Source: Candidatus Methanoperedens sp. (GTDB taxonomy: Archaea; Halobacteriota; Methanosarcinia; Methanosarcinales; Methanoperedenaceae). Taken from it: 32,000 nucleotides of DNA. Position numbers and translations under genes: made by a program. The stretch lies in the NCBI GenBank assembly GCA_027460535.1, contig JAPZAR010000011.1, forward strand, positions 60,001-92,000. The letters are read 5' to 3'. Under the pieces are notes generated by a model, which was given only the letters and a program-made list of their open reading frames with translations, had not been told where the DNA came from and did no database searches. Positions 24,527-32,000 of the stretch are shown here, one piece after another (position 1 is the first letter of the stretch; each line of letters opens with the position of its first letter).

Positions 24527-24850
24527 TTAAGCGGTATAGGGCATATCTTCCTTGTTCTCCACTATCCTTACAGATACAGTAAGGAACCTCAAAGGTACTT
24601 TTCCTGTATTCAATAAAGTATGTGGCGCAAGCGGCTGTATATACACAACATCATTACGTGAAATTTCCCGTGTTTCCTCTCCTATTGTTATTGCACCGTA
24701 TCCTGAAAGGATATAGTAGATCTCTTCAAGCCCCGGATGATAATGGACCGGAATGGTTTCACCTGGCTGAAGCGATGTATCATAAACTGCTGCGATGTTT
24801 CTTGCCTCATCCGTGAGGTCAAGACCATTTTCTATCTGTTTTAAGAACAT
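24527..24850 (-). CDS. cupin-domain protein
   Basis: 107 aa. PGETIPVHYHPGLEEIYYILSGYGAITIG ... VVYIQPLAPHTLLNTG match the two cupin motifs. Confidence 0.7.
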   Translation of the reverse strand: MFLKQIENGLDLTDEARNIAAVYDTSLQPGETIPVHYHPGLEEIYYILSGYGAITIGEETREISRNDVVYIQPLAPHTLLNTGKVPLRFLTVSVRIVENKEDMPYTA

Positions 24851-24891
24851 GAGTTTTTTACCTATTTATGCGTTCATCCGCTGTCGATCTG

Positions 24892-25629
24892 CTAAAATTC
24901 CCCTTTTTTCTCTTTTACCTTTTGCACAAGTTCAAAAATCTCATCGGTTTTTTCCCCCGTGACGCAGAGCGTTATGGAGCCTTCGCCCCCGTTTACACCC
25001 CCCGCGCCTATCGGGAATACATCCTCAGCGCCAAGCAGGACCAGCGCCTGGATCTCCGTAACAACCGTACCGAAAAGCGGCATCAATCCCACCGGGAGAC
25101 CGTTTGCCTTGCTGCACCGCTGGATACCTATTCGTTTTGAGATCTCAATTACCGAGTATGGAATGGATTTTTCAAGTCCCACCGGAATGACGAGGTTTAT
25201 ACCTCTGGCCATGACAGGCCCCAGTATAGTTCCCGTTGTACCTCCGGCCGGATTTGCCATCATCACACCTGCCACTCCCTGAGGGTCAATGGCGTTTGCC
25301 CCTTTTATGACCACATCCTGCGCCGTCATTTCTTTTATTATGGTTTCTGAATTCACTTCCTTCCCGTTCTTCAGGGCGATCTGGGGAAGGCGTTTATCCT
25401 GCGGAACAACCGCTGCAGTCCCATCAATGTATCCCGCACCGTATCTGAAATGGTCTATCTGCCTGCCTGTAAGCTCCTCTGCAACATATGCGTTCGTGGT
25501 GCCAAGAGCTATCAGTATTATTCCCTTTTTCATGGCCTGCTGGATAACCGGAAGCCTCTTCACTCCCATGGCTATAATTCTCTTCGATTCCGGGGGTGTT
25601 AATGTTATCTGTATCTGTTTCATCTCCAC
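24892..25629 (-). CDS. conserved-looking hypothetical protein (245 aa)
   Basis: Protein-like composition with Gly-rich loops (ANPAGGTTGTILGPV, PIGAGGVNGGEGS). I do not recognise the family with any certainty. Confidence 0.5.
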   Translation of the reverse strand: MEMKQIQITLTPPESKRIIAMGVKRLPVIQQAMKKGIILIALGTTNAYVAEELTGRQIDHFRYGAGYIDGTAAVVPQDKRLPQIALKNGKEVNSETIIKEMTAQDVVIKGANAIDPQGVAGVMMANPAGGTTGTILGPVMARGINLVIPVGLEKSIPYSVIEISKRIGIQRCSKANGLPVGLMPLFGTVVTEIQALVLLGAEDVFPIGAGGVNGGEGSITLCVTGEKTDEIFELVQKVKEKKGEF

Positions 25630-25823
25630 TGCTGCTCCTTTAGAGGGATATTGATTTTAAGAGATAAATAGTTGGTTCTTGAGAGCGCGGTTGATGGGCA
25701 AAGTTACCGTGATGTTTTATGATGAATCTTCGCGAACATTATAATTATTCGGAAGGATGGTGTAAAATCTTTTGGTGTTAAAGTTGTTCGGATGGTTTTT
25801 GCTGAACAAAGACGAACCGAGAC

Positions 25824-25908
25824 GGGACACAGATTGCACAGATGATACGGATGCGCACGGATTGAAATTATCCGTGAAAATCCGTCAAATCCGTGTCATC
25901 TGTGTTCC
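25824..25908. repeat. long imperfect hairpin built from 9-10-nt CAC(A/G)GAT subrepeats, second member of the REP-like family
   Basis: The arms are 25824..25862 and 25870..25908 (39 nt each) with a 7-nt loop. By my count 28 of 39 positions are Watson-Crick pairs and 2 are G-U. The mismatches cluster between the CACxGAT cores. Confidence 0.7.
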
Positions 25909-26289
25909 ATTCATAATTGTCCAACACCAAACAACAAAATTTTAAAAGAAATTATTTGCTTGGTTCACGGTTACTGGAAGTTATGACTCCTTTACTATTA
26001 AAAAATAAATGATAAAAATTATACTTTATATACTATGACAAAAATTAATAAGTGTGTAATATGCATGGGTCTACGATAAAACAGTGTACAGGAATTTCCA
26101 GAAATGAGTTTTTGGAAGTCAGGAGCATTAAAGTTCAATGAAGTCCAAAAGGATGGGGATGATGAAAGAACATGTTGCCTCAAGTTTCCATATTGAGGGC
26201 ACGCCATTTGACGGACGCAACATCATTTTTCGGCCCATTGGGGATGGAATGAATATGATAATCAGTGAAATGAATGGGGAGCTGGCGGC

Positions 26290-26586
26290 ATGAAAAAGAA
26301 AATTGACCAGATTATCATGAAGCTTCGAGAAAATAAACCTGTTCTTGAAGAGAAATATAAAGTTAAAACACTCGGAGTTTTTGGCTCATACGTCAGAGGA
26401 GAACAAAAGAAATCCAGCGATCTGGATATTCTGGTGGAATTTCAGGAGCCTGTGGGTCTTTTTGAATTTATGGAACTGGAGGAATTTCTGGAAAAAAATA
26501 CGGGAGTCAAAGTAGATCTTGTATCCAGGAAGGCTTTAAAACCAAGAATTGGCAAGCATATTCTTGAAGAGGTAATCAACGTATGA
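26290..26586 (+). CDS. mntA: MntA-type minimal nucleotidyltransferase antitoxin
   Basis: 98 aa with the GSxxRGxxxxxSDxD motif (GVFGSYVRGEQKKSSDLDILVEF). It overlaps the downstream HEPN gene by 4 nt. Confidence 0.8.
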   Translation: MKKKIDQIIMKLRENKPVLEEKYKVKTLGVFGSYVRGEQKKSSDLDILVEFQEPVGLFEFMELEEFLEKNTGVKVDLVSRKALKPRIGKHILEEVINV

Positions 26587-26936
26587 AGAAACGGGATTAT
26601 GGGGATTTTGTTCAGGACATACTTGATTCCATAAATGATGCTGGAAATTTCATTGAGGGAATGGATTTTGAGGAGTTCATTAAAGATAAAAAGACAATTT
26701 ACAGCGTGGTTCGCGCCATAGAAATTATCGGTGAGGCTACCAAGAATATCCCCGAACAAATAAAAAAGAAATATCCAGAAGTACCATGGAAAAAGATGGC
26801 AGGAATGAGGGACAGGCTTGTTCATGAATATTTTGGAGTTGATTCAGAAATTTTATGGGAGACAGCAAAGGAAGATGTGCCTCACCTGAAAATCCCGGTC
26901 TCAAAGGTTCTGGAAGATATGGAGAGGGGTGGATAA
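26583..26936 (+). CDS. hepT: HepT-type HEPN (DUF86) toxin
   Basis: 117 aa with the Rx4H HEPN motif in MRDRLVHEYFGVD and the typical DUF86 N-terminus (FVQDILDSI). Confidence 0.8.
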   Translation: MKKRDYGDFVQDILDSINDAGNFIEGMDFEEFIKDKKTIYSVVRAIEIIGEATKNIPEQIKKKYPEVPWKKMAGMRDRLVHEYFGVDSEILWETAKEDVPHLKIPVSKVLEDMERGG

Positions 26937-27125
26937 TCCCAAGTCTGCATTTGATAGTAGTTTGATTGGAGATATCTATGGAAGCTATCTCAAAAATGCA
27001 TAACAAAAATTATATGCAGTCTTCCAACTCATCAATAAAGTCACAAACACAGGACTTTAACCAATAACTTCTTGATTATTGGTAAAGCAAAAAAACTTTT
27101 ATATATATTTCATTCAGATTTTAAT

Positions 27126-28958
27126 TTAATCTTCTTCATCGTGCTTCAATTCAGCTTGCATTTCTTTTATTTCAGCTATTTTTTCGTCACTCTGTTTTAA
27201 CATTTCCTTCGATTCATCTTTTGAAGCTTTGTTTTCTTTTTCGATATCTTGAATATTATTTTTCCCCATAAACCGGGTTCTTTTTATAGCAATTATTGAA
27301 AAAACGATTATTGAAAATATAAACGGTATTGCAAAAACATTCAAAAAATGCCCTTTCATATTAGAAATGACAAACGTCACAGTGAAAATAAATCCGAGAT
27401 TGGTAAAAGCAGTCATTATATCTAACCTCTTATTTGGATTATAAATGATGAAGAAATAAAGATATAAAAAATTAATTGCTACTCCAAAAATATATAATAC
27501 GATGCTTTCCGATTTATCTGCCCTATTTACTGTAATTTTTATTTTATTGTTTTTATTAATTATTTCAAGAGTTCTCGGTTGATTCCATGCATTAATAAGA
27601 ATAGTTGTGTCTGTAGAGTTAATCAAATAAGAGGTAGGTATATTTATCCCAAGAGTATTATTCGCTGGAGAAACTAAAATTTCAGTGGTTAAGTCCTCGA
27701 AAGGGAAATCTAAATTTTGCTTCAAATCAACTGATATTGTCCCATTATAGGAACCATTGGAATAAGCAAATATATCATTTTTGGCAAGTCCATTCAATTT
27801 GTAATTTAGCCGGATATTTTGAGGTTTAATGTATGAGTTAGGGTCAATTAATGACCGTATATTTAATTTTAATTGGTTTATGAATTCACTAGTGCTTGGT
27901 TCCACATAAATATCAGTCCCGATTACGATATCTTTTTTGCTGTAAATTATAGCATTATTAAGGGCTTCATTAGCTTCTTCATATCTGCCTAGATTTTTGA
28001 GAGCAACTCCTTTGTTGTTCCATGCCTCTTCGTTTTGTGGATTTATTGCAATGGCTTTATCAAAGGCTGCTAATGCATCTTCATACCTGCCTAGCTTATC
28101 GAGAGCAATTCCTTTACTGTTCCATGCCTCTTCGTTTTGTGGATTTATTGCAATGGCTTTATCAAAGGCTGCTAATGCATCTTCATACCTGCCCAGCTTA
28201 TCAAGAACAACTACTTTATTGTTCCATGCCTGTGCGTTTTGTGGATTTATTCCTAGAGCTTTATCAAAAGCTGCTAATGCATCTTCATACCTGCCCAGTT
28301 TACCGAGAGCAACACCTTTGCCAGTCCATGCCTCTGCGTTTTGTGGATTTATTTCGATAGTTTTATCGTAAGCTGTTAATGCGTCTTCATTCCTGCCCAG
28401 TTTATCGAGAACAACTCCTTTATTGTACCACGCCACTGCGTTTTGTGGATTTATTTCGATAGTTTTATCAAAAGCTACTGATGCATCTTCATATCTGCCC
28501 AATACACCGAGAACAACTCCTTTATTGTACCATGCCTCTGCATATTGTGGATTTATTCCGATAGCTTTATCATAAGCTGCTGATGCATCTTCATACCTGC
28601 CCATTTCACCCAGAGCAACTCCTTTATTGTTCCAAATATCTGCGTTTTGTGGATTTATTTCGATAGCTTTATCATAAGCTGTTAATGCATCTTCATACCT
28701 GCCCAGTTTATCGAGAACGACTCCCTTATTGTACCATGCCTCTGCGTCATGTGGATTTATTTCGGTAGCTTTATCAAAAGCTGCTAATGCATCTTCATAC
28801 CTGCCCATGTTAAAAAGAGAGAGCCCTTTATTAAACCACGCATCCGCATCCTGTGGGTTTATTCCGCCATTTGAGTCTGTAAGAGCATAACCAATTTTAG
28901 CAATCCCACTTAAAAGCAGAAGCAAAACCAAACCCAATGTTAATGCCTTTATTGTCAT
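27126..28958 (-). CDS. TPR-repeat membrane protein (signal/anchor, about 9 TPRs, Asn/Ile-rich domain, 3 TM segments, charged coiled tail)
   Basis: 610 aa with an N-terminal hydrophobic segment (LTLGLVLLLLLSGIAKIGYA). It carries nine consecutive 34-aa units of type AWxNKGxxLxxLGRYEDALxAxDKAIEINPQN, an unrecognised beta-rich region, three TM helices and a KE-rich C-terminus. Confidence 0.85.
   Translation of the reverse strand: MTIKALTLGLVLLLLLSGIAKIGYALTDSNGGINPQDADAWFNKGLSLFNMGRYEDALAAFDKATEINPHDAEAWYNKGVVLDKLGRYEDALTAYDKAIEINPQNADIWNNKGVALGEMGRYEDASAAYDKAIGINPQYAEAWYNKGVVLGVLGRYEDASVAFDKTIEINPQNAVAWYNKGVVLDKLGRNEDALTAYDKTIEINPQNAEAWTGKGVALGKLGRYEDALAAFDKALGINPQNAQAWNNKVVVLDKLGRYEDALAAFDKAIAINPQNEEAWNSKGIALDKLGRYEDALAAFDKAIAINPQNEEAWNNKGVALKNLGRYEEANEALNNAIIYSKKDIVIGTDIYVEPSTSEFINQLKLNIRSLIDPNSYIKPQNIRLNYKLNGLAKNDIFAYSNGSYNGTISVDLKQNLDFPFEDLTTEILVSPANNTLGINIPTSYLINSTDTTILINAWNQPRTLEIINKNNKIKITVNRADKSESIVLYIFGVAINFLYLYFFIIYNPNKRLDIMTAFTNLGFIFTVTFVISNMKGHFLNVFAIPFIFSIIVFSIIAIKRTRFMGKNNIQDIEKENKASKDESKEMLKQSDEKIAEIKEMQAELKHDEED
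27930..28847. repeat. tandem 102-bp (34-codon) repeat array encoding the TPR units
   Basis: 102-nt periodicity throughout. Units 28017..28118 and 28119..28220 share a 76-nt identical run and are about 93 percent identical overall by my alignment. Confidence 0.85.
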
Positions 28959-29338
28959 GTTATTCCAGCCTTATTTCGTTTTCTTCTCATTATGCATATA
29001 AAATTAATTATTATAATGGTGTCCACCTAATATAAATTGGATAGAGGATTTCAGGAATTAATAAAATTATTTTAAGAATTAAGAAAAAATGATTTTCTCT
29101 GCAATTATATAATGATAAGTTATGAAACTTAAAATGTCTTTAAATATAAACTATTTTAAGAGATTGCCACATAATGAAAAAAACTATTCATCAATTATTC
29201 AAAAATAATGGATAAAACATAACCACAATTTGACCATAACCCCGTACTTGAATAGTGAAAAATTAAGTATCAGTTTCAAGAAACTACAAGGATAGAGTTA
29301 TTTTAAGCAGCTATTTAATTCTTGTAAGTTCTCTCTGC

Positions 29339-29372
29339 CATATTTTCAAAATTAACATCATATTTTCAAAAT
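29339..29372 (+). promoter_or_regulatory. duplicated 14-nt motif CATATTTTCAAAAT upstream of the F390-synthetase-like gene (candidate TATA/operator pair)
   Basis: Exact copies at 29339..29352 and 29359..29372, starts 20 nt apart. The second copy ends 38 nt upstream of the GTG start at 29411. Confidence 0.25.
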
Positions 29373-29410
29373 CCCAAAAACCTATATCCCAAAAGCCACA
29401 ACATTTAATT

Positions 29411-30754
29411 GTGTTCTTCAACGAAAGAATAGAGACCATGAGTCGGGGTGACCTCGATGCTCTTGTGGAAGAGCGTATACGCTACACGGTCAAATACGCA
29501 AGTGAGCATTCGCCTTTTTACAGGAAATGGTTCCATGAGCATGGCATTAAACTATCAGAGGTACGCACCCATGAAGACCTGAGAGGACTTCCGATAATTT
29601 CAGGAAGAACAATCCGTGAGAATCAGCCCCCCGAGAGTTCGGATTTTCTTTTCAGGAGCGTGGACTGGAAGGATATTTTTACGCTTCACGAGACGAGCGG
29701 GACAAGCGGAACGCCAAAAGCATTCTTTCTCACGTGGGAGGACTGGCAGCGGTATGCTGAGAAATACGCCAGGATATTCATCTCGCAGGGTTTTGGACCC
29801 GGTGACAGGGTAGTTGTGTGCGCTTCCTATGGAATGAATGTCGGCGCCAACACGATGACACTTGCAGCCCGTGATATAGGTATGACGATAATCCCGGAAG
29901 GGAAATGCACCTTCCCCGCGCGTGTCATAAAAAATTACAGGCCTACGGGAATAGTGGGAAGTGTTTTCAAGCTGCTGGCACTTGCCAGGCAAATGAAAGA
30001 AGAAAAGATCCTTCCAGAAGAGTCCAGCGTCAAGCGGCTCGTCGTGGGCGGTGAAAGTTTCGCGGATGAATCGCGCGCCTATCTTGCCGAACTATGGGGA
30101 TGCGATGTCTACAACACCTATGGAAGCACCGAGGGAACAATGTGCGGAGAGTGCACTGACGTCAGCGGGCTACATGTTCCAGAGGACCTTGTGCATCTGG
30201 ATATCTACGATCCCGGGTTGAGCGGCTTCGTGCGAGATGGGGAATGCGGAAGGGTGGTTCTGACAACGCTCCTACCAGTTGGGGGAAAGTGCGGAAGCCT
30301 CCTTCTCAATTACGACACCGAGGATACCTCCGCTGTCGTTACGAGAGAAAGATGCCCCTGCGGCAGGACCCACATGAAGATCACGAATCCGCAGCGAGAA
30401 TCCGAGACCTGCTGGGTGGCAGGGACGCCCTTCAACCGGGTGGATGTGGAACGAGGGGTTTTCCAGCGCGAGAACATGGAATACCTTACTGGTGAATACG
30501 AGGCTTTCCTCTACGGAGGGGAAGATGAGGGAGAGATCATAATGAGATTGAGCGTTGAATGCTTTGACCCGGAAAAGTGTGACAGGGCGCTTGTGGAAGA
30601 GAATTTCTTGAAGGCTTTTTTCAAATTTAAGCCGCAGCTTGCACAAGCCCACAGTGAGGGAATGTTCAAGATGGTCTTCAACTTCGCAGGGCCTAAAGAC
30701 CTTGAACTGCATCGCATCAAGGGAAGACCCAGGCGCCTCGTGGATAGAAGATAG
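29411..30754 (+). CDS. phenylacetate-CoA ligase family / coenzyme F390 synthetase-like adenylate-forming enzyme
   Basis: 447 aa. IETMSRGDLDALVEERIRYTVKYA, SPFYRKW and TSGTSGTPK (AMP-binding P-loop) are typical of the PaaK/FtsA family. The start is GTG; the next ATG is at 29438. Confidence 0.75.
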   Translation: MFFNERIETMSRGDLDALVEERIRYTVKYASEHSPFYRKWFHEHGIKLSEVRTHEDLRGLPIISGRTIRENQPPESSDFLFRSVDWKDIFTLHETSGTSGTPKAFFLTWEDWQRYAEKYARIFISQGFGPGDRVVVCASYGMNVGANTMTLAARDIGMTIIPEGKCTFPARVIKNYRPTGIVGSVFKLLALARQMKEEKILPEESSVKRLVVGGESFADESRAYLAELWGCDVYNTYGSTEGTMCGECTDVSGLHVPEDLVHLDIYDPGLSGFVRDGECGRVVLTTLLPVGGKCGSLLLNYDTEDTSAVVTRERCPCGRTHMKITNPQRESETCWVAGTPFNRVDVERGVFQRENMEYLTGEYEAFLYGGEDEGEIIMRLSVECFDPEKCDRALVEENFLKAFFKFKPQLAQAHSEGMFKMVFNFAGPKDLELHRIKGRPRRLVDRR

Positions 30755-30766
30755 AGGTTTGAAAGT

Positions 30767-31252
30767 ATGGACAGAAGAAACGTGATCGATATCGCAAAGT
30801 TAATAATGAGCATAGCGATTTGTCTTTTCGCAGGATTCATTGGCTCGGTTTTTACAATTCCCTCAATAACTACCTGGTATGCATCCCTGCAAAAACCATC
30901 TTTCAACCCACCGAACTGGGTTTTTGCTCCCGTGTGGACCATTCTTTTTGTATTGATGGGGATATCACTTTTTCTTGTGTGGAAGAGATGGCCGAATAAG
31001 GAAGTAAAAACCTCGCTCTCCATATTTAGTATCCAGCTTGTTTTGAATGTACTCTGGTCGCTTCTGTTCTTTGAGCTTCACTCTCCATTCTATGCTTTCG
31101 TGGATATCGTTATACTCTGGGCAGCGATCGCGCTTACAATATATTATTTTTCAAAGGTTTCCAGGACTGCGGGATTATTGCTCCTGCCCTACATTATCTG
31201 GGTAAGTTTTGCTGCGATTCTTAATTTCTACATAATGAGGCTCAATCCATGA
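30767..31252 (+). CDS. tspO: TspO/MBR tryptophan-rich sensory protein
   Basis: 161 aa with five TM segments. WYASLQKPSFNPPNWVFAPVWTILFVLMG and LWSLLFF are hallmark TspO blocks. A GAGGT SD lies upstream. Confidence 0.85.
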   Translation: MDRRNVIDIAKLIMSIAICLFAGFIGSVFTIPSITTWYASLQKPSFNPPNWVFAPVWTILFVLMGISLFLVWKRWPNKEVKTSLSIFSIQLVLNVLWSLLFFELHSPFYAFVDIVILWAAIALTIYYFSKVSRTAGLLLLPYIIWVSFAAILNFYIMRLNP

Positions 31253-31426
31253 GTACCCCAAAGAAAGGGCTATTTGCACGTATTTGTTGGGGCGGGAACA
31301 ATCACAACAAGCGGCAGGTTTAAAGGGATGAGTCCATGCGAGATGAATCTGCTGACTAAATTTTGCAGATATTCCATCAGGAAAGTTCTTGGAATGGTGG
31401 TACAATAGGGCGTAAAGAGGAGCCTG

Positions 31427-31807
31427 ATGGAATATCTTACAGCAAATAAAATAATAGAAATTCACGACGAACTCATAAAAGAATACGGTGGAACCGATGG
31501 AATACGTGATAATGGGACGCTGGAATTATTGGTCTATAAGGTGAACCGTGAAAATACTATTTTCAAGAGAGCAGCTTTGATTTTACACACGATTACTGCG
31601 CAGCATCCATTTTTCGATGGGAATAAGAGGACAGCATTAGTTACTGCCGAAAAAGTACTTGATGATGAGGGATATTATCTGGAGGCAGAAGCCGAAGAGA
31701 AAGTCGGCTTTATGCAAAATATCGCTGAATACAAGATCTCTATCAAAACGATAGAAAAATGGATTAAAGAAAAGGCGAAGAAGATTACATCTCGGCTAAC
31801 ATTCTGA
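31427..31807 (+). CDS. doc: Doc (death-on-curing) / Fic-family toxin
   Basis: 126 aa with the Fic/Doc motif HPFFDGNKRTAL and the N-terminus LTANKIIEIHDELIKEYGG typical of Doc. Confidence 0.8.
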   Translation: MEYLTANKIIEIHDELIKEYGGTDGIRDNGTLELLVYKVNRENTIFKRAALILHTITAQHPFFDGNKRTALVTAEKVLDDEGYYLEAEAEEKVGFMQNIAEYKISIKTIEKWIKEKAKKITSRLTF

Positions 31808-32000
31808 GGACTTTATCGTTCCTGAACATTATTTTTTTCACAGTTTGCTTTTCTTCTGGGGATAATCCCAATTCCCTTTCTGCGACTAATGGGTGGGTTG
31901 GTGCTTCAAGAGGTTCTTTCTTCAGACATTTTACCATTTTGGTTCATTTGGCTATCTTTGTATTTAAGACATGCTTATCTATTTTTAGATATTATCTCTT

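Noticed and set aside
26019-27006. Minus-strand ORFs 26019..26207, 26442..26825 and 26737..27006
   Set aside because: The latter two are antisense to the well-supported mntA/hepT pair. The first lies in AT-rich spacer with low-complexity translation.
27997-28371. + strand ORFs (124 and 112 aa) with striking internal peptide repeats
   Set aside because: They are antisense read-throughs of the 102-bp TPR tandem array. The minus-strand frame gives canonical TPR units continuous with a 610-aa protein.
27930-28847. Regular 102-bp DNA periodicity as a CRISPR or satellite array
   Set aside because: The periodicity equals exactly 34 codons. It lies inside one long ORF encoding TPR motifs, and no spacer-like unique segments are present.
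31175-31465. 96-aa minus-strand ORF between tspO and doc
   Set aside because: It overlaps the 3' end of tspO and the 5' end of doc in antisense. It is Cys/His/Tyr-rich with no motif support.

Overview
The window is an archaeal chromosomal segment. The gene content points to a methanogen or ANME-type Methanosarcinales-like euryarchaeon: a methanogenesis-marker-2-like AIR-synthase homologue, an F390-synthetase/PaaK-like ligase, MCM, Pelota, a type IA topoisomerase and a Methanosarcina-type S-layer domain. This taxonomic call is inference only. I support about 36 CDSs. Most lie on the minus strand in tightly packed, often translationally coupled strings. I saw no rRNA, tRNA, CRISPR array, transposase or integrase. 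Most of the window is housekeeping. The stretch from about 25.6 to 29.4 kb plus the right end looks accessory: a HepT/MntA toxin-antitoxin pair, a large repeat-rich TPR membrane protein, an orphan Doc toxin and AT-rich spacers.

Observations worth a second look:
1. Pelota is translationally coupled to a DUF434 protein whose C-terminal half reads like a YacP/Rae1-type NYN nuclease. Both sit in one string with a RimK-type ligase and an NFACT/Rqc2 gene.
2. A wHTH-like coding tail lies in the -1 frame at the 3' end of that DUF434 gene.
3. A GC-rich, structured, non-coding segment of about 250 nt lies between convergent genes at 4.3-4.6 kb. I cannot identify the RNA.
4. Two near-identical 62-nt direct repeats sit 212 nt apart in a 600-nt AT-rich spacer.
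5. A BlaI-like repressor, an M56/M48 sensor-protease-like gene and an HtpX gene carrying a canonical EF-hand loop form one operon.
6. MCM appears co-transcribed with a DUF424 gene and two long coiled-coil genes. An AT-rich region with ORB-like repeats lies upstream.
7. cstA, a 95-aa ORF and two diverged ArsA/Get3-like ATPase genes form a translationally coupled four-gene string.
8. Two long imperfect hairpins built from 9-10-nt CAC(A/G)GA(G/T) subrepeats form a REP-like family.

All product calls come from motif-level reading of the supplied translations. No database search was possible.
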